Part shown: piece after piece, positions 21,742-41,386 of the stretch
Position numbering within the stretch: position 1 is the first letter of the stretch
Layout: the number at the start of each line of letters is the position of its first letter
Assembly: GCA_963755125.1 (NCBI GenBank)
Contig: CAVWIP010000001.1
Location: 96,001-160,000 of the forward strand
Origin: an uncultured delta proteobacterium
GTDB lineage: Bacteria; Myxococcota_A; Polyangia; Fen-1088
DNA length: 64,000 nucleotides
Direction of reading: 5' to 3'
The notes under the pieces: generated by a model
Seen by the model: only the letters and a program-made list of their open reading frames with translations
Told to the model about the DNA's origin: nothing
The model's database searches: none
Position numbers and translations under genes: made by a program

Positions 21742-22905
21742 CTATTCCTTGACAAACCGATCCACGCCCCCGACGCTGCCGGCCTGGCTGGCGGTCGATA
21801 CGTTGAAATCCTGGCCCACCTGGCCCCCTTTGCTGACACCACGGAAGAAGAGCGCGAAATCGTCGGGGTTGGTCGACGCGGAGATGGCGTCTTCATAGGT
21901 GACGAAGCGGTTCTTGACCAGCTCGGTCAGCGACTGGTCGAAGCTGATCATGCCGTAGGGGTCACGGCCCGTGGCTATGGCCTCGTGGATCTCGCGCGTA
22001 CGATTCACATCGGCAATCAACTCGCGCACGCGGGCCGTGCTGACGAGAATCTCGACCGCCGGGACCATGCCCATGCCGTCGGCCCGCGCCACCAGTCGCT
22101 GTGAGATCACGCCCTTGATGACCGAGCAAAGCTGCAGGCGCGCCTGAGCTTGCTGGTGGGGCGGATAGATGGACACGATGCGGTTGATGGTCTCGACCGC
22201 ATCTACGGTATGCAAAGTCGAGAGCACCAGGTGCCCTGTTTCGGCCGCGGTGAGCGCGATCTCGGTGGTTTCCAGGTCGCGCATTTCGCCGACCAGAATG
22301 ACGTCGGGGTCCTGGCGCAAGGACGCGCGCAGTGCCCGCGCGAACGACGTCGTGTCGAACCCGACTTCGCGCTGGTTGATCACGCTGCGCCGATCCTTGA
22401 ACGCGTACTCGATGGGGTCTTCGATGGTCACGATGTGGGCGGCCCGGCTGGTGTTGATGTAGTCGACCATCGCTGCCAGGGTGGTAGACTTGCCCGACCC
22501 AGTAATCCCGGTCACCAAGAGGAGTCCGCGCTCTTCATCGGCCAGCTCCAGCACCTTGTGCGGCAGATTCAAGCGTTCGAATGGCGGAACATTGGGCGGG
22601 ATGAGACGCATAACGACGCCCATGAATCCGCGCTGTTGCAGGATGTTGACCCGGTAGCGGAAGCCGTCGGCGGTGGCATAAGCAAGGTCGACGTCCCAAT
22701 TCTTCTCGAACAGCTCTCGCTGGCGCGGATTCATCATGCTCGCCCCGAACTCCTCCACCGCCTCCTTGGTCAAGGGTGGCACATTGGCCACCGTGCGTAG
22801 GTCACCCTTGACGCGGAAGATGGGCGGCAAGCCCACCTTCAAGTGGACATCGGACGCGCCTAGCTGTCGGGCGGCCTGCAGTACCCTGTCGAGGACGCTC
22901 ACCAT
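21742..22905 (-). CDS. pilT: PilT/PilU-family type IV pilus retraction ATPase (start may extend to 22953)
   Basis: ASDVHL, GITGSGKST, EDPIEY, QREVG, LRQDPDVILVGEMRD, GHLVLSTLH. Confidence 0.88.
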   Translation of the reverse strand: MVSVLDRVLQAARQLGASDVHLKVGLPPIFRVKGDLRTVANVPPLTKEAVEEFGASMMNPRQRELFEKNWDVDLAYATADGFRYRVNILQQRGFMGVVMRLIPPNVPPFERLNLPHKVLELADEERGLLLVTGITGSGKSTTLAAMVDYINTSRAAHIVTIEDPIEYAFKDRRSVINQREVGFDTTSFARALRASLRQDPDVILVGEMRDLETTEIALTAAETGHLVLSTLHTVDAVETINRIVSIYPPHQQAQARLQLCSVIKGVISQRLVARADGMGMVPAVEILVSTARVRELIADVNRTREIHEAIATGRDPYGMISFDQSLTELVKNRFVTYEDAISASTNPDDFALFFRGVSKGGQVGQDFNVSTASQAGSVGGVDRFVKE

Positions 22906-23012
22906 CTTTGTTACCGATCGATCGACATCTTGCGAGACGAGCCCAGACGACAATCTGCCATTCCTTCACATTACCACGCCCACCCCCATTTCGCGCTTTG
23001 ATATGGGAGTTT

Positions 23013-23041
23013 TTGACCTTTGCCCGCGTCTCACCTAGGGT
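23013..23041 (+). promoter_or_regulatory. Putative sigma70-type promoter, probably giving a leaderless transcript
   Basis: TTGACC-17nt-TAGGGT, 7 nt before GTG 23049. Confidence 0.45.
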
Positions 23042-23048
23042 CATAGGA

Positions 23049-24092
23049 GTGACTGTTCAGGAGGTCAAGACATCTTCGGCCCAGGAGGTACTCGTCCTCG
23101 ACGCCGAGGTCAACGTGCTGAGGGCGGTCGAGAGTGTGCTGCTTGAGGCTGGCCTCACCGTCACGGCCCTGGTTTCGCCCGAGCGCGCGTCCGACCAGGT
23201 CGTGAATCGCTTCTTCTCCGTCGTGCTTTGTGATCTCGATACGCCATCGCTCGACGGAGCCATCGAATTCATACGATTCGTTCGCGACAAGTCCCCCTTG
23301 ACCGCGGTGATTGCCATGAGCCGGCGGACTACCTTCGATGTGGTGGCGCCGGCGTTTCGCGCTGGCGCGGCAGACGTGATGGCGGAGAACCGTCACTCCG
23401 TCCTCGCGCTGCGTGACCGGGTGCTGAAGGCAGCCGGGGAGGTCAAGACGGCGCTGGGGCGCGATCAACTCCTGGCTGAATTCGCTGACCTCAACGACGA
23501 GCTCGTGCGCAAGCTGATGGAGTTGTCCGGGCGGGCCACCGAGTTGGAGGACAAACTGCTGGCCAGTGACAGGGAGCCATCGTCGGCCGCCAGCCGGCTG
23601 GGCGCGCTTCACCTCTTGGTGGTTGATGACCAACCCGACCTGGTTACGGCGCTGGAGAAGGCCTTGCCCGCGGACAAAGGCTGGCACCTGCAGCACGCGC
23701 AAAGCGGAGGAGAGGCACTCGACAGCGCGACCCAGACTCCTCCGCAAGTTCTGGTGGCCAAGGAATCGCTACCCGATTTGACGGGAAGCATGGTGGTCAA
23801 GACCATCAAGGCGAGTGTGCCCAGCCTGGTCGCCATGTTGTTCGTGCCCCCCACGGAAGAAAAGGAAGGCGAGGTCAAGATGGTCAACCAGAGTCGCCTG
23901 CACACCTTGATCCCGCGCTTCAGGAACGCATCCGACCTTGTGGCTCAGCTCTCTGATGTGCGCGATGCCTTGCTCAGGAAGGCTCGCGAGCGGCGTCACG
24001 TCAAGATCTTCCAGACGCAGTATCTGGAGATCCTGCAGCGTTGCCAGCGTCTGCAGCAGCAACTCGAGGCCGTTCTCAACGAGAAGAAGTAG
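23049..24092 (+). CDS. Atypical dual receiver-domain protein with central coiled coil
   Basis: REC-like VLVLDAE...CDLDTP..DG and LLVVDDQ...AQSGGEAL...LPDLTG, linked by a heptad-rich helix. Confidence 0.7.
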   Translation: MTVQEVKTSSAQEVLVLDAEVNVLRAVESVLLEAGLTVTALVSPERASDQVVNRFFSVVLCDLDTPSLDGAIEFIRFVRDKSPLTAVIAMSRRTTFDVVAPAFRAGAADVMAENRHSVLALRDRVLKAAGEVKTALGRDQLLAEFADLNDELVRKLMELSGRATELEDKLLASDREPSSAASRLGALHLLVVDDQPDLVTALEKALPADKGWHLQHAQSGGEALDSATQTPPQVLVAKESLPDLTGSMVVKTIKASVPSLVAMLFVPPTEEKEGEVKMVNQSRLHTLIPRFRNASDLVAQLSDVRDALLRKARERRHVKIFQTQYLEILQRCQRLQQQLEAVLNEKK

Positions 24093-24615
24093 GCGGCTGC
24101 TGCTCGTCGATGGCCGCAACGTAGGGCAAGTTGCGATACTTTTGCCCCGCATCCAGTCCGTAGCCCACCACGAATCGATCAGGAATATCGAAACCCACGA
24201 AGTCCAGTGGCACTGAGACTCGACGCCGCGACGGCTTGTTGAGCAAGGTGCAGACGTGGAGGCTGGCGGGCCCGCGCGCCTCCAAGAGGTCGAGCAGGTA
24301 GCGCAAAGTGAGTCCTGTATCCACGATGTCCTCCACCAGCAGGACGTGCTGGCCAGCGAGGGGCAGGTTCAGGTCGCTCGTGATCTGGACAACCCCGGAG
24401 GTTTCGGTGGCAGCGCCGTAGCTGCGCACGCCCAGAAAGTCGCAACGCACATCGCGCGGGATCGCTCGCACGAGGTCCGCCATGAAAACAAACGCACCGC
24501 ACAGGACGCCGACCGCGGTCAGCGTTTCGTCAGGAAGCTGAGCGGCGATCTCGCTGCCAAGGGCCGCCACGCGTGCAGCAATGTCTTGGGCCGAGATGAG
24601 TGGAAGTGGCTGCAC
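24076..24615 (-). CDS. hpt: Hypoxanthine phosphoribosyltransferase
   Basis: GAFVFMADL, VLLVEDIVDTGLT, FVVGYGLD...YRNLP. Confidence 0.95.
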   Translation of the reverse strand: MQPLPLISAQDIAARVAALGSEIAAQLPDETLTAVGVLCGAFVFMADLVRAIPRDVRCDFLGVRSYGAATETSGVVQITSDLNLPLAGQHVLLVEDIVDTGLTLRYLLDLLEARGPASLHVCTLLNKPSRRRVSVPLDFVGFDIPDRFVVGYGLDAGQKYRNLPYVAAIDEQQPPTSSR

Positions 24616-24703
24616 GGCTTCCTTGCGAACGGTATCATTACCTTCATATCACACGCACTGGGAACCGAGGCGCCAGATGAGTTGTCCATCGGGAAAGAAA
24701 GCC

Positions 24704-25978
24704 ATGCAACTCTCAACTCCCTTGTGTTCCTGGTTGATTCCTGGTTGGGCCGCCGCCTGTGCGGTGACGCTAGGCGCATGTGCGACGTCGGGCGCCCATC
24801 CGCCGGCGGCCGGTCCCGAATCAGGGTCGGTGGTCAAGTACGAGATGGACCCCATCCGAATCGACGCCACCACGGGGCCTGCCGGAATGCAAATCGAGGC
24901 CTATGACGCGCCGGAACTGTTCGAGCAAGCCGGGGTAGCTCTGTCCGATAGGCGATTCGATGTGGCGGCCAAGCTCTACGCCAAGCTGCTCAAAGGCTTC
25001 GCTGATTCTCCCTACGCGCGTGCGTCGCTGTACAACATGGGTCTGGCCCATATTGGCAGCAAGAACTGGGCAGAGGCCGTCGCCGCCTTCAAGGGACTCA
25101 TTGACAAGTACCCGAACCACCCCGACGCGAAGGACGCATCTTTCCAACTGGGCGCGTGCTACGCCGAGCAGGCGAACTGGCCCGCGTCGGCCGAAGTGTT
25201 CGCGCGCATACTCGAGCGGTCAGACTTGTCGGCCGACGATCGCATCGAGGCTCTTGCGCGGCGGGGGTTTGCGCAATTCAACCTGGGCGACCTCGACACC
25301 GCCGAAAAGACCTTCCGTGCCGTCCTGTCGTATCGCCAGAAGATCGAGAATGAGGAACGGCTGGCCACGGACTTCTACCTGGCCTTCTCGCAGTACCATC
25401 TCGCACAGATCTCGCACCAGCGCTTCCAGGCGGTCGAGTTGCGCCTGCCCGAAGCACAGATGGACAAGGATCTCGACCAGAAGGCGAGCCTGCTCCTTCA
25501 AGCGCAACGCGCGTACATCGAAACCATCAAGTACGGCAACCCGGCCTGGGCGTCCGCCGCCGGCTTCCAGGTGGGCTCGCTCTACGAACAGCTCTACGAT
25601 GCCTTCATGCGTGCCCCGATTCCACCGGAGCTTCAGGGCGAAGCGCGGGAGGTGTACCAGGAGGAATTGCACAAGAAGATCCGCGTGCTGCTCGAGAAGT
25701 CGATGCGCTGGCAACGCGAGAACCTGCTCATGATAGAACGCCTGGGAGTCAACACGGATTGGGCCGAGAAGAGCAAGCTGGCTTACGCCAAGCTGCTCAA
25801 GCTGTTGGAGCCGAAGATTCCAGGTGCCCCGGAGGAGCCCGCTGCACCTGCTGTGGCGCCCGAGAAATCACCGGCCGTGATTCCTCCGCCCACCCCACCT
25901 GCACCGCCGCATCGCGGAGACGTCCCGGAACGAACGCCTCCTGCCGATTCCGACGTCGTAGGGCGACAGGTTCTGTAG
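24704..25978 (+). CDS. TPR-containing lipoprotein (start uncertain)
   Basis: Lipobox-like LGAC, several TPRs (YP..P.A..A.F.LG), Pro-rich tail. Confidence 0.7.
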   Translation: MQLSTPLCSWLIPGWAAACAVTLGACATSGAHPPAAGPESGSVVKYEMDPIRIDATTGPAGMQIEAYDAPELFEQAGVALSDRRFDVAAKLYAKLLKGFADSPYARASLYNMGLAHIGSKNWAEAVAAFKGLIDKYPNHPDAKDASFQLGACYAEQANWPASAEVFARILERSDLSADDRIEALARRGFAQFNLGDLDTAEKTFRAVLSYRQKIENEERLATDFYLAFSQYHLAQISHQRFQAVELRLPEAQMDKDLDQKASLLLQAQRAYIETIKYGNPAWASAAGFQVGSLYEQLYDAFMRAPIPPELQGEAREVYQEELHKKIRVLLEKSMRWQRENLLMIERLGVNTDWAEKSKLAYAKLLKLLEPKIPGAPEEPAAPAVAPEKSPAVIPPPTPPAPPHRGDVPERTPPADSDVVGRQVL

Positions 25979-26140
25979 GGCCGCCTCCCGAGAGTTCGTG
26001 GCTAGCCGGCCGAGTTGACGGCGGCGTCTGCCCACACCTGGCCCACAGATTCGTGCCAACATCGCGGTCCCGGCTCCGGCTGCCGGCCATCCGGCCTCCC
26101 GGCTATAACGCAGCGCTATCGAGAACGGCCCGGATTCTGC

Positions 26141-26169
26141 TTGACACGCCTCAGATCCCGAAATATACG
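26141..26169 (+). promoter_or_regulatory. Promoter of the tRNA-tuf operon
   Basis: TTGACA-17nt-TATACG upstream of tRNA-Thr. Confidence 0.65.
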
Positions 26170-26261
26170 TTCGCCCCTCTGACTGCGGGGGAGATAGTTG
26201 TACCCCGTGACCGAGACCACCTAACTAGGCGAAATCGCAGGATATCTGATGAAAACCCGGC

Positions 26262-26333
26262 GCTGGCGTAGCTCAATGGCAGAGCAGCTGATTTGTAATC
26301 AGCAGGTTGCGGGTTCGATTCCCATCGCCAGCT
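26262..26333 (+). tRNA. tRNA-Thr(TGT)
   Basis: GCTGGCG/CGCCAGC acceptor, CTGA-TT TGT AA-TCAG, GGTTCGATT. Confidence 0.97.
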
Positions 26334-26418
26334 CTGCCATTCCAGCGACACGCGGCATGAGCAAAGCAGTTTCGCTGCGCACGCGTTGTTCGATCGACGC
26401 GTGTGGCATTTCCATCAC

Positions 26419-26500
26419 GGAGGGGTTCCCGAGCGGTCAAAGGGAACAGACTGTAAATCTGTCGCCACTGGCTTCGAAGGTTCGAATCCTTCCCCCTCCA
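26419..26500 (+). tRNA. tRNA-Tyr(GTA)
   Basis: GGAGGGG/CCCCTCC, ACAGA-CT GTA AA-TCTGT, long variable arm, GGTTCGAATCC. Confidence 0.97.
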
Positions 26501-26555
26501 CAGAAAGCGAGAATGGATCGAATCAGCGACGGGAATTGCGCAAGCATTGCCACAC

Positions 26556-26631
<76 letters not shown>

Positions 26632-26717
26632 GGGGTGACCCGCTGATGGTCGTGGCGAATCACCAAGAAGAAAGAGGATCAGACAACAGAACTAGGGTAG
26701 ACAACCGGGTCCATGCT

Positions 26718-26791
<74 letters not shown>

Positions 26792-26850
26792 CTGCACGGT
26801 AGCTGCTGGACACGGGCTAAACAGAAAAGCGTTCTTTCGGAGATCAGACG

Positions 26851-28047
26851 ATGGCCAAAGAAAAGTTCATACGAAACAAGCCGCACCTGAACGTAGGGAC
26901 GATCGGGCACGTGGATCATGGGAAGACCACGTTGACGGCAGCGATCACCAAGGCACTGGCGAAGAAGAACCTGGCGAAGTTCACGGCGTACGACCAGATC
27001 GACAAGGCGCCGGAGGAGCGGGAACGCGGGATCACGATCGCGATCGCGCACGTGGAGTACGCGACGGAGAAGCGTCACTATGCGCACGTGGATTGCCCAG
27101 GGCACGCGGACTACATCAAGAACATGATCACCGGGGCGGCGCAGATGGACGGGGCGGTGCTGGTGGTATCGGCGCCGGACGGACCGATGCCGCAGACGCG
27201 GGAGCACATTCTGTTGGCGCGGCAGGTAGGGGTGCCATCGATCGTGGTGTACCTGAACAAGGTGGACATGGTGGCGAAGGAGGACGCGGAGCTGTTGGAC
27301 CTGGTGGAGCTGGAGTTACGCGAACTGTTGTCGAAGTACGAATTTCCCGGGGACACGACGCCGATCGTGCGCGGGAGCGCGCTGAAGGCCTTGGAAGGGG
27401 ATCCGTCGGACATCGGGGAAGGGTCGGTATGGAAGCTGATGGAGGCGTTGGACAGTTTCATCCCTGAGCCGAAGCGAGAGACGGACAAGCCGTTTCTGAT
27501 GCCTGTGGAGGACGTATTCACGATTTCGGGACGCGGGACAGTGGTGACCGGGCGCATTGAGCGCGGGATCATCAAGGTAGGGGAGGAAGTGGAGATCGTG
27601 GGATTCAAGGACACGCAGAAGACGGTGGTGACCGGGGTGGAGATGTTCCGGAAGCTGTTGGATGAAGGGCGGGCCGGGGACAACGTTGGGGCGTTGCTGC
27701 GTGGGACGAAGCGAGAGGACGTGGAGCGAGGGCAGGTGTTGGCGAAGCCCGGGTCGATCACGCCGCACAAGAACTTCCGAGCGGAGGTGTACGTATTGAA
27801 GAAGGAGGAGGGGGGGCGGCACACGCCATTTTTCAAGGGATACCGGCCGCAGTTTTATTTTCGGACGACGGACGTGACCGGCGAGGTGAAGCTGCCTGAG
27901 GGGATGGAGATGGTGATGCCCGGGGACAACGTGAACATGGAGATCAACCTGATCACGCCGATCGCGTGCGAAGAGAAGCTGCGTTTCGCGATTCGGGAAG
28001 GTGGCAAGACGGTTGGCTCCGGTGTCGTGACCAAGATCCTCGAGTAG
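26851..28047 (+). CDS. tuf: Elongation factor Tu (copy 1)
   Basis: [27 protein letters not shown]. Confidence 0.99.
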   Translation: MAKEKFIRNKPHLNVGTIGHVDHGKTTLTAAITKALAKKNLAKFTAYDQIDKAPEERERGITIAIAHVEYATEKRHYAHVDCPGHADYIKNMITGAAQMDGAVLVVSAPDGPMPQTREHILLARQVGVPSIVVYLNKVDMVAKEDAELLDLVELELRELLSKYEFPGDTTPIVRGSALKALEGDPSDIGEGSVWKLMEALDSFIPEPKRETDKPFLMPVEDVFTISGRGTVVTGRIERGIIKVGEEVEIVGFKDTQKTVVTGVEMFRKLLDEGRAGDNVGALLRGTKREDVERGQVLAKPGSITPHKNFRAEVYVLKKEEGGRHTPFFKGYRPQFYFRTTDVTGEVKLPEGMEMVMPGDNVNMEINLITPIACEEKLRFAIREGGKTVGSGVVTKILE

Positions 28048-28081
28048 TTTGACTTACTGTACGTGAACTAGGAGAAATCCC

Positions 28082-28243
28082 GTGGCAGCATCCGCCCGAG
28101 TCATCATCACCCTGGAATGTGCCGTCTGCCGCGAGCGCAACTACTCCACGACCAAGAACAAGCGCGCCAACGCAGAGAAACTGAAATTGTCGAAGTACTG
28201 TGGCCGATGCAGGAAGCACACGGAGCACAAGGAGACGAAGTGA
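28082..28243 (+). CDS. rpmG: 50S ribosomal protein L33 (zinc-ribbon form); not in ORF track
   Basis: GTG start after [33 protein letters not shown]...[18 protein letters not shown]. Confidence 0.95.
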   Translation: MAASARVIITLECAVCRERNYSTTKNKRANAEKLKLSKYCGRCRKHTEHKETK

Positions 28244-28245
28244 TT

Positions 28246-28318
28246 AGGGCAGTAGCTCCAATGGTAGAGCAGCGGTCTCCAAAACCGCGTGTTGTGGGTT
28301 CGAGTCCCGCCTGCCCTG
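28246..28318 (+). tRNA. tRNA-Trp(CCA)
   Basis: AGGGCAG/CTGCCCT, GCGGT-CT CCA AA-ACCGC; usual position between rpmG and secE. Confidence 0.96.
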
Positions 28319-28380
28319 CTGCCTTCCACAACCCCCTTGCGGGGCTCGCGCGTCGATCGAGAGGAGCGTAGCGGCCAGCC

Positions 28381-28737
28381 ATGGGCCCCAATAAGTACAT
28401 ACATCTGACGTTTGCGGTGGGGATCCTCTTGGCCGCGTTCCTGCTCTTCAAGACAGGGGACTGGATCTGGAGCTACTTCGCCAAGCCGAACGAATTGTTG
28501 CTGCAGGCTGTGGCGCTGTGCGCGGCTGTGCTGATCGGTGTAGTCGCGTATCGCAATGAACGCATCTACGCAACCGCCGTGGACGTGACGCGGGAGTTGG
28601 AGAAGGTCGCGTGGCCCACTCGCAAGGAAACCTACTATGCGACTATCGTCGTGATTGTCACCGTCTTCATCTCGACGGTCATCCTCTCGACCTTCGACGC
28701 CATATGGGCGTTCATGGCCGGCAAGATTCTTAAGTGA
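28381..28737 (+). CDS. secE: Preprotein translocase subunit SecE
   Basis: ELEKVAWPTRKET motif, three hydrophobic segments, synteny. Confidence 0.93.
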   Translation: MGPNKYIHLTFAVGILLAAFLLFKTGDWIWSYFAKPNELLLQAVALCAAVLIGVVAYRNERIYATAVDVTRELEKVAWPTRKETYYATIVVIVTVFISTVILSTFDAIWAFMAGKILK

Positions 28738-28757
28738 CGGACTGCGGGATCTGACCC

Positions 28758-29285
28758 ATGGCGATGAAATGGTACGTCGTGCACACATACTCGGGACACG
28801 AGAACAAGGCTCGTCTGTCGCTGCTCGATCGGGTACGACAGGCCGGGTTGGTGGCGAAGTTCGGCGAGGTGCTGATCCCGACCGACACAGTGGTGGAGTT
28901 GGTGAAAGGGCAGAAGCGCTCGACCACGCGCAAGTTTTTCCCAGGCTACATGTTCGTGCAGATGGATCTCGACCAGGAAACCTTTCATCTGGTCAAGAAC
29001 ACACCGCGCATCACGGGATTCCTGGGCGGAATGAATCCCCAGCCGGTCAAGGAAGCCGAGATCCAGAATATCAACACCGCCATGACCGAGGGCGCTTCGC
29101 GCCCGCGTCCGCGCGAGAGTTTCAAGGAAAGCGACAACGTCCGGGTTACCGAGGGCCCCTTCGCGAATTTTACCGGCGTGGTGGTCGAGGTAAAGGCCGA
29201 GAAGCAGAAACTGCGCGTGAACCTCTCCATCTTCGGTCGGGCAACCCCGGTCGAACTGGATTTTGCTCAGGTCGAGAAGGTCTGA
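28758..29285 (+). CDS. nusG: Transcription factor NusG
   Basis: [37 protein letters not shown]. Confidence 0.97.
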   Translation: MAMKWYVVHTYSGHENKARLSLLDRVRQAGLVAKFGEVLIPTDTVVELVKGQKRSTTRKFFPGYMFVQMDLDQETFHLVKNTPRITGFLGGMNPQPVKEAEIQNINTAMTEGASRPRPRESFKESDNVRVTEGPFANFTGVVVEVKAEKQKLRVNLSIFGRATPVELDFAQVEKV

Positions 29286-29302
29286 GGGACTAAGGCAGAT
29301 CC

Positions 29303-29749
29303 ATGAAGAAAGTCACTGGTTACATCAAGCTGCAGATCCCCGCTGGCAAGGCCAATCCGGCACCGCCCGTCGGTCCCGCACTAGGCCAGCACGGCGTCAA
29401 CATCATGGACTTCTGCAAGCAGTTCAACGCTCGCACGCAGGCGCAGGCCAAGGACGAAGTGACCATTCCCGTGCTGATCACGGTGTTCTCGGATCGCTCG
29501 TTCACCTTCATCACCAAGACACCACCCGCGGCCATCCTCATCAAGAAGGCGGTGGGACTCTCCACGCAGAAGAAGCCGGGTGCAGGGTCCAAGGAACCCA
29601 ACAAGGTGAAAGTCGCCAAACTTTCCAAGAAACAACTCCGGGAGATTGCTACAACCAAGCTTCCGGATCTAAACACCACCGACGTCGAGGCCGCCATGCG
29701 GACCATTGCGGGGACCGCGCGCGCCATGGGCGTAGAGGTGGAAGGCTGA
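29303..29749 (+). CDS. rplK: 50S ribosomal protein L11
   Basis: [23 protein letters not shown]. Confidence 0.98.
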   Translation: MKKVTGYIKLQIPAGKANPAPPVGPALGQHGVNIMDFCKQFNARTQAQAKDEVTIPVLITVFSDRSFTFITKTPPAAILIKKAVGLSTQKKPGAGSKEPNKVKVAKLSKKQLREIATTKLPDLNTTDVEAAMRTIAGTARAMGVEVEG

Positions 29750-29772
29750 AGCAAAGCCGAAAGCAGAAGAGC

Positions 29773-30486
<714 letters not shown>

Positions 30487-30504
30487 GTCGCGAGGAGACC
30501 CGTC

Positions 30505-31038
30505 GTGAACACCACAGAGAAGAAAGAAAACATCAGCACCCTCAAGGACAAGCTCGCGCGTGCGCAGAGCCTGATCCTGGCGGATTTTCGCGGCTTGTCG
30601 GTCGAGAGCGACACCAAGTTGCGGCGGGAGTTTCGTGCCGCCGGTTGCGAATACCGAGTGGTGAAGAACACCCTTTTGGGCCAAGCCGCCAAGGGAACAC
30701 CCATGGAGGTGCTCGAGCCTTTGTTGGCCGGACCCACCGCCATCGCCTACTCGTTCGAGGATCCATCGGCGCCGGCCAAGGTTGCGACCAAGGTGGCCAG
30801 GGGCGAGAGCAAGTTCGTCATCAAGGGCGGTTGTGTCGACGGACGCCTGTTGGATGCGAAGGGTGTGGAGAGCCTGTCAACGCTGCCGGGCAAGTCTGAG
30901 ATGCGCGCCACCTTCTTGGCCACGCTGCTGGCCGTCCCGCAGAATTTCCTGCGCTTGTTACAGGCGGCGCCGCAGAATTTCGCGTATCTGCTTTCGGCGC
31001 GCGAGGAGGCGTTGAAAGAGACCGAGAAGAAGGTGTGA
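30505..31038 (+). CDS. rplJ: 50S ribosomal protein L10
   Basis: DFRGL...LR...VVKNTL, GPTAIA; synteny. Confidence 0.95.
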   Translation: MNTTEKKENISTLKDKLARAQSLILADFRGLSVESDTKLRREFRAAGCEYRVVKNTLLGQAAKGTPMEVLEPLLAGPTAIAYSFEDPSAPAKVATKVARGESKFVIKGGCVDGRLLDAKGVESLSTLPGKSEMRATFLATLLAVPQNFLRLLQAAPQNFAYLLSAREEALKETEKKV

Positions 31039-31102
31039 GCCACGCCTGTCGTGGCCAGAGTTTCGAGAAGAATGATTTGAAAACGAACAAGGAGATCCGG
31101 AA

Positions 31103-31495
31103 ATGGCCGATGTGAGCAAGGAGCAAGTTGTTGACTTTCTGTCCAAGATGTCCGTCATGGACTTGGCTGCTCTGACCAAGGAGCTCGAGGACAAGTGGGG
31201 CGTCAAGGCGGCTCCCGTGGCGGTCGCTGCCGCGGGCGCTCCGGCTGCGGGTGCTGCTGGCGCAGCCGCTCCCGCTGCTGAGCAGACCGAGTTCACTGTC
31301 ATCCTCAAGGAGGTCGGCGCAAAGAAGATCGAGGTCATCAAAGTGGTGCGCGAGCTGACTCAGCTCGGTCTCAAGGAGGCCAAGGACCTCGTGGATGGCG
31401 CGCCGAAGACCGTCAAGGAAGGCGTGTCAAAGGCCGACGGCGAGACCATGAAGAAGAAGCTCGAAGAGGCCGGTGCGAAGGTCGAAATCAAGTAG
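31103..31495 (+). CDS. rplL: 50S ribosomal protein L7/L12
   Basis: Ala-rich hinge, [22 protein letters not shown]. Confidence 0.98.
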   Translation: MADVSKEQVVDFLSKMSVMDLAALTKELEDKWGVKAAPVAVAAAGAPAAGAAGAAAPAAEQTEFTVILKEVGAKKIEVIKVVRELTQLGLKEAKDLVDGAPKTVKEGVSKADGETMKKKLEEAGAKVEIK

Positions 31496-31556
31496 GCACG
31501 TCGGCAGTTGACAATTCACGGTCGACTATCGGTCGACAAGCGAAAGTATTTGGTTG

Positions 31557-31580
31557 CCGGGGGCGCGTATGCGCCTCCGG
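31557..31580 (+). promoter_or_regulatory. Stable hairpin in the rplL-rpoB spacer (possible attenuator/processing site)
   Basis: CCGGGGGCGC-gtat-GCGCCTCCGG. Confidence 0.4.
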
Positions 31581-31630
31581 GTATTCGACTGTGCAGCGTC
31601 CGCCAATGACGAACGGACAGGGGAGAACGC

Positions 31631-35839
<4,209 letters not shown>

Positions 35840-35877
35840 ATGCAATGACGATGTTCCGCGCAGGGGAGTAGCGAACT

Positions 35878-40062
<4,185 letters not shown>

Positions 40063-40191
40063 CGGTCGCAAGGCTGCTCGGCCCTGGCTCACGGCTTGGA
40101 ACTGAGGGGCGGAGCGCTGTGCAGGGTGGCGCGTGCCTGTGCGCGGCAAGCGAACCGGCCGACAAGTCATGAAAAAAGCGCACGGTCGTCG

Positions 40192-40219
40192 TTGACTTTG
40201 CGATCTCGATTCCTATAAT
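40192..40219 (+). promoter_or_regulatory. Promoter of the str operon
   Basis: TTGACT-16nt-TATAAT upstream of rpsL. Confidence 0.75.
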
Positions 40220-40304
40220 GCACCCCTCCTCGGGCCCGGGGCTGCCGGGTAGGATCGCTGCCCGCGTGAGTGCGGTACGGTCTTCGCGAGAGACGAATCA
40301 AACA

Positions 40305-40676
40305 ATGCCCACCATTAGTCAACTTGTAAGAAGTGGCCGCGATGTCATGCGGCGGAAGACGGACTCGCCTGCCCTCAAGGGCTGCCCGCAGCGACGGGGG
40401 GTTTGCGTCCGCGTGTACACCACGACCCCCAAGAAGCCGAATTCGGCGCTGCGCAAGGTTGCCCGCGTCCGGCTCACCAACGGGATGGAAGTGACGACCT
40501 ACATTCCCGGCGAGGGACACAACTTGCAAGAGCACTCGGTGGTTCTGATCCGCGGTGGACGCGTCAAGGATCTTCCGGGCGTTCGCTATCACATCATCCG
40601 CGGAAGCCTGGACACATCGGGGGTGACCAACCGCCGCCAGGGCCGCTCGAAGTACGGAGCCAAACGACCCAAGTAG
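40305..40676 (+). CDS. rpsL: 30S ribosomal protein S12
   Basis: [31 protein letters not shown]. Confidence 0.98.
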   Translation: MPTISQLVRSGRDVMRRKTDSPALKGCPQRRGVCVRVYTTTPKKPNSALRKVARVRLTNGMEVTTYIPGEGHNLQEHSVVLIRGGRVKDLPGVRYHIIRGSLDTSGVTNRRQGRSKYGAKRPK

Positions 40677-40700
40677 GGTCGCAACCGGGGTCGTCCACAG

Positions 40701-41192
40701 ATGCCACGCAAAGGTGAAGTTCCCAAACGAAAGCTGCTGCCGGATCCGAAGTTCACGGACCAGCCGGCGGATATGCGTCGTCGTATTACCAAGTTCGTCA
40801 ACACGGTGATGAGCTCGGGCAAGAAATCCGTGGCCGAGGGGATCGTGTACGGCGCGTTCGATCTGGTGGCCGAGAAGGCGGGCGATGATCCAGTCAAGGT
40901 GTGGGACAAGGCGATGGCCAACGTGCAGCCCAAGATCGAGGTGAAGTCCCGCCGCGTGGGCGGTGCTACCTACCAGGTTCCGGTGGATGTGCGCCCGGAT
41001 CGGGCATTGGCGCTGGGCATGCGCTGGCTCATCCACTCGGCGCGCGAGCGTTCCGATGGCCGGACCATGCGCGAAAAACTGGCCGCCGAATTGCTCGATG
41101 CCTCGGCCAACAAGGGCGCTGCGGTCAAGAAGCGCGAAGATACGCACAAGATGGCTGAAGCGAACAAGGCGTTTGCGCACTACCGTTGGTAG
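40701..41192 (+). CDS. rpsG: 30S ribosomal protein S7
   Basis: [30 protein letters not shown]. Confidence 0.98.
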   Translation: MPRKGEVPKRKLLPDPKFTDQPADMRRRITKFVNTVMSSGKKSVAEGIVYGAFDLVAEKAGDDPVKVWDKAMANVQPKIEVKSRRVGGATYQVPVDVRPDRALALGMRWLIHSARERSDGRTMREKLAAELLDASANKGAAVKKREDTHKMAEANKAFAHYRW

Positions 41193-41253
41193 TGTCGGCG
41201 TCAGATGAGGAGCGGAAGAACGATTCGCTAGTCTAGACATAAGGAAGAGAAGA

Positions 41254-41386
41254 TTCGGGCTCGTAGGGGGTTGAAGGGGTGGGCCGAAGCGTCGTGCTTC
41301 GGGGCATCCTTCCAGCCGACCGAGGCAGTCCGGACCAGTTCTCGACCGTAAGACCTTTCAACCTGCGGACCTTGTGGTCGCTCGGG
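41254..41386 (+). ncRNA. Candidate structured cis-element in the rpsG-fusA spacer
   Basis: Nested helices TTCGGGC/GCTCGGG, GGTTGAAGGGGT/ACCTTTCAACC, CCGAAGC/GCTTCGG, GACC/GGTC. Confidence 0.4.

Noticed and set aside
26340..26410. Hairpins in the tRNA-Thr/tRNA-Tyr spacer
   Set aside because: Structured spacers are ordinary in tRNA operons; no independent evidence of a separate RNA
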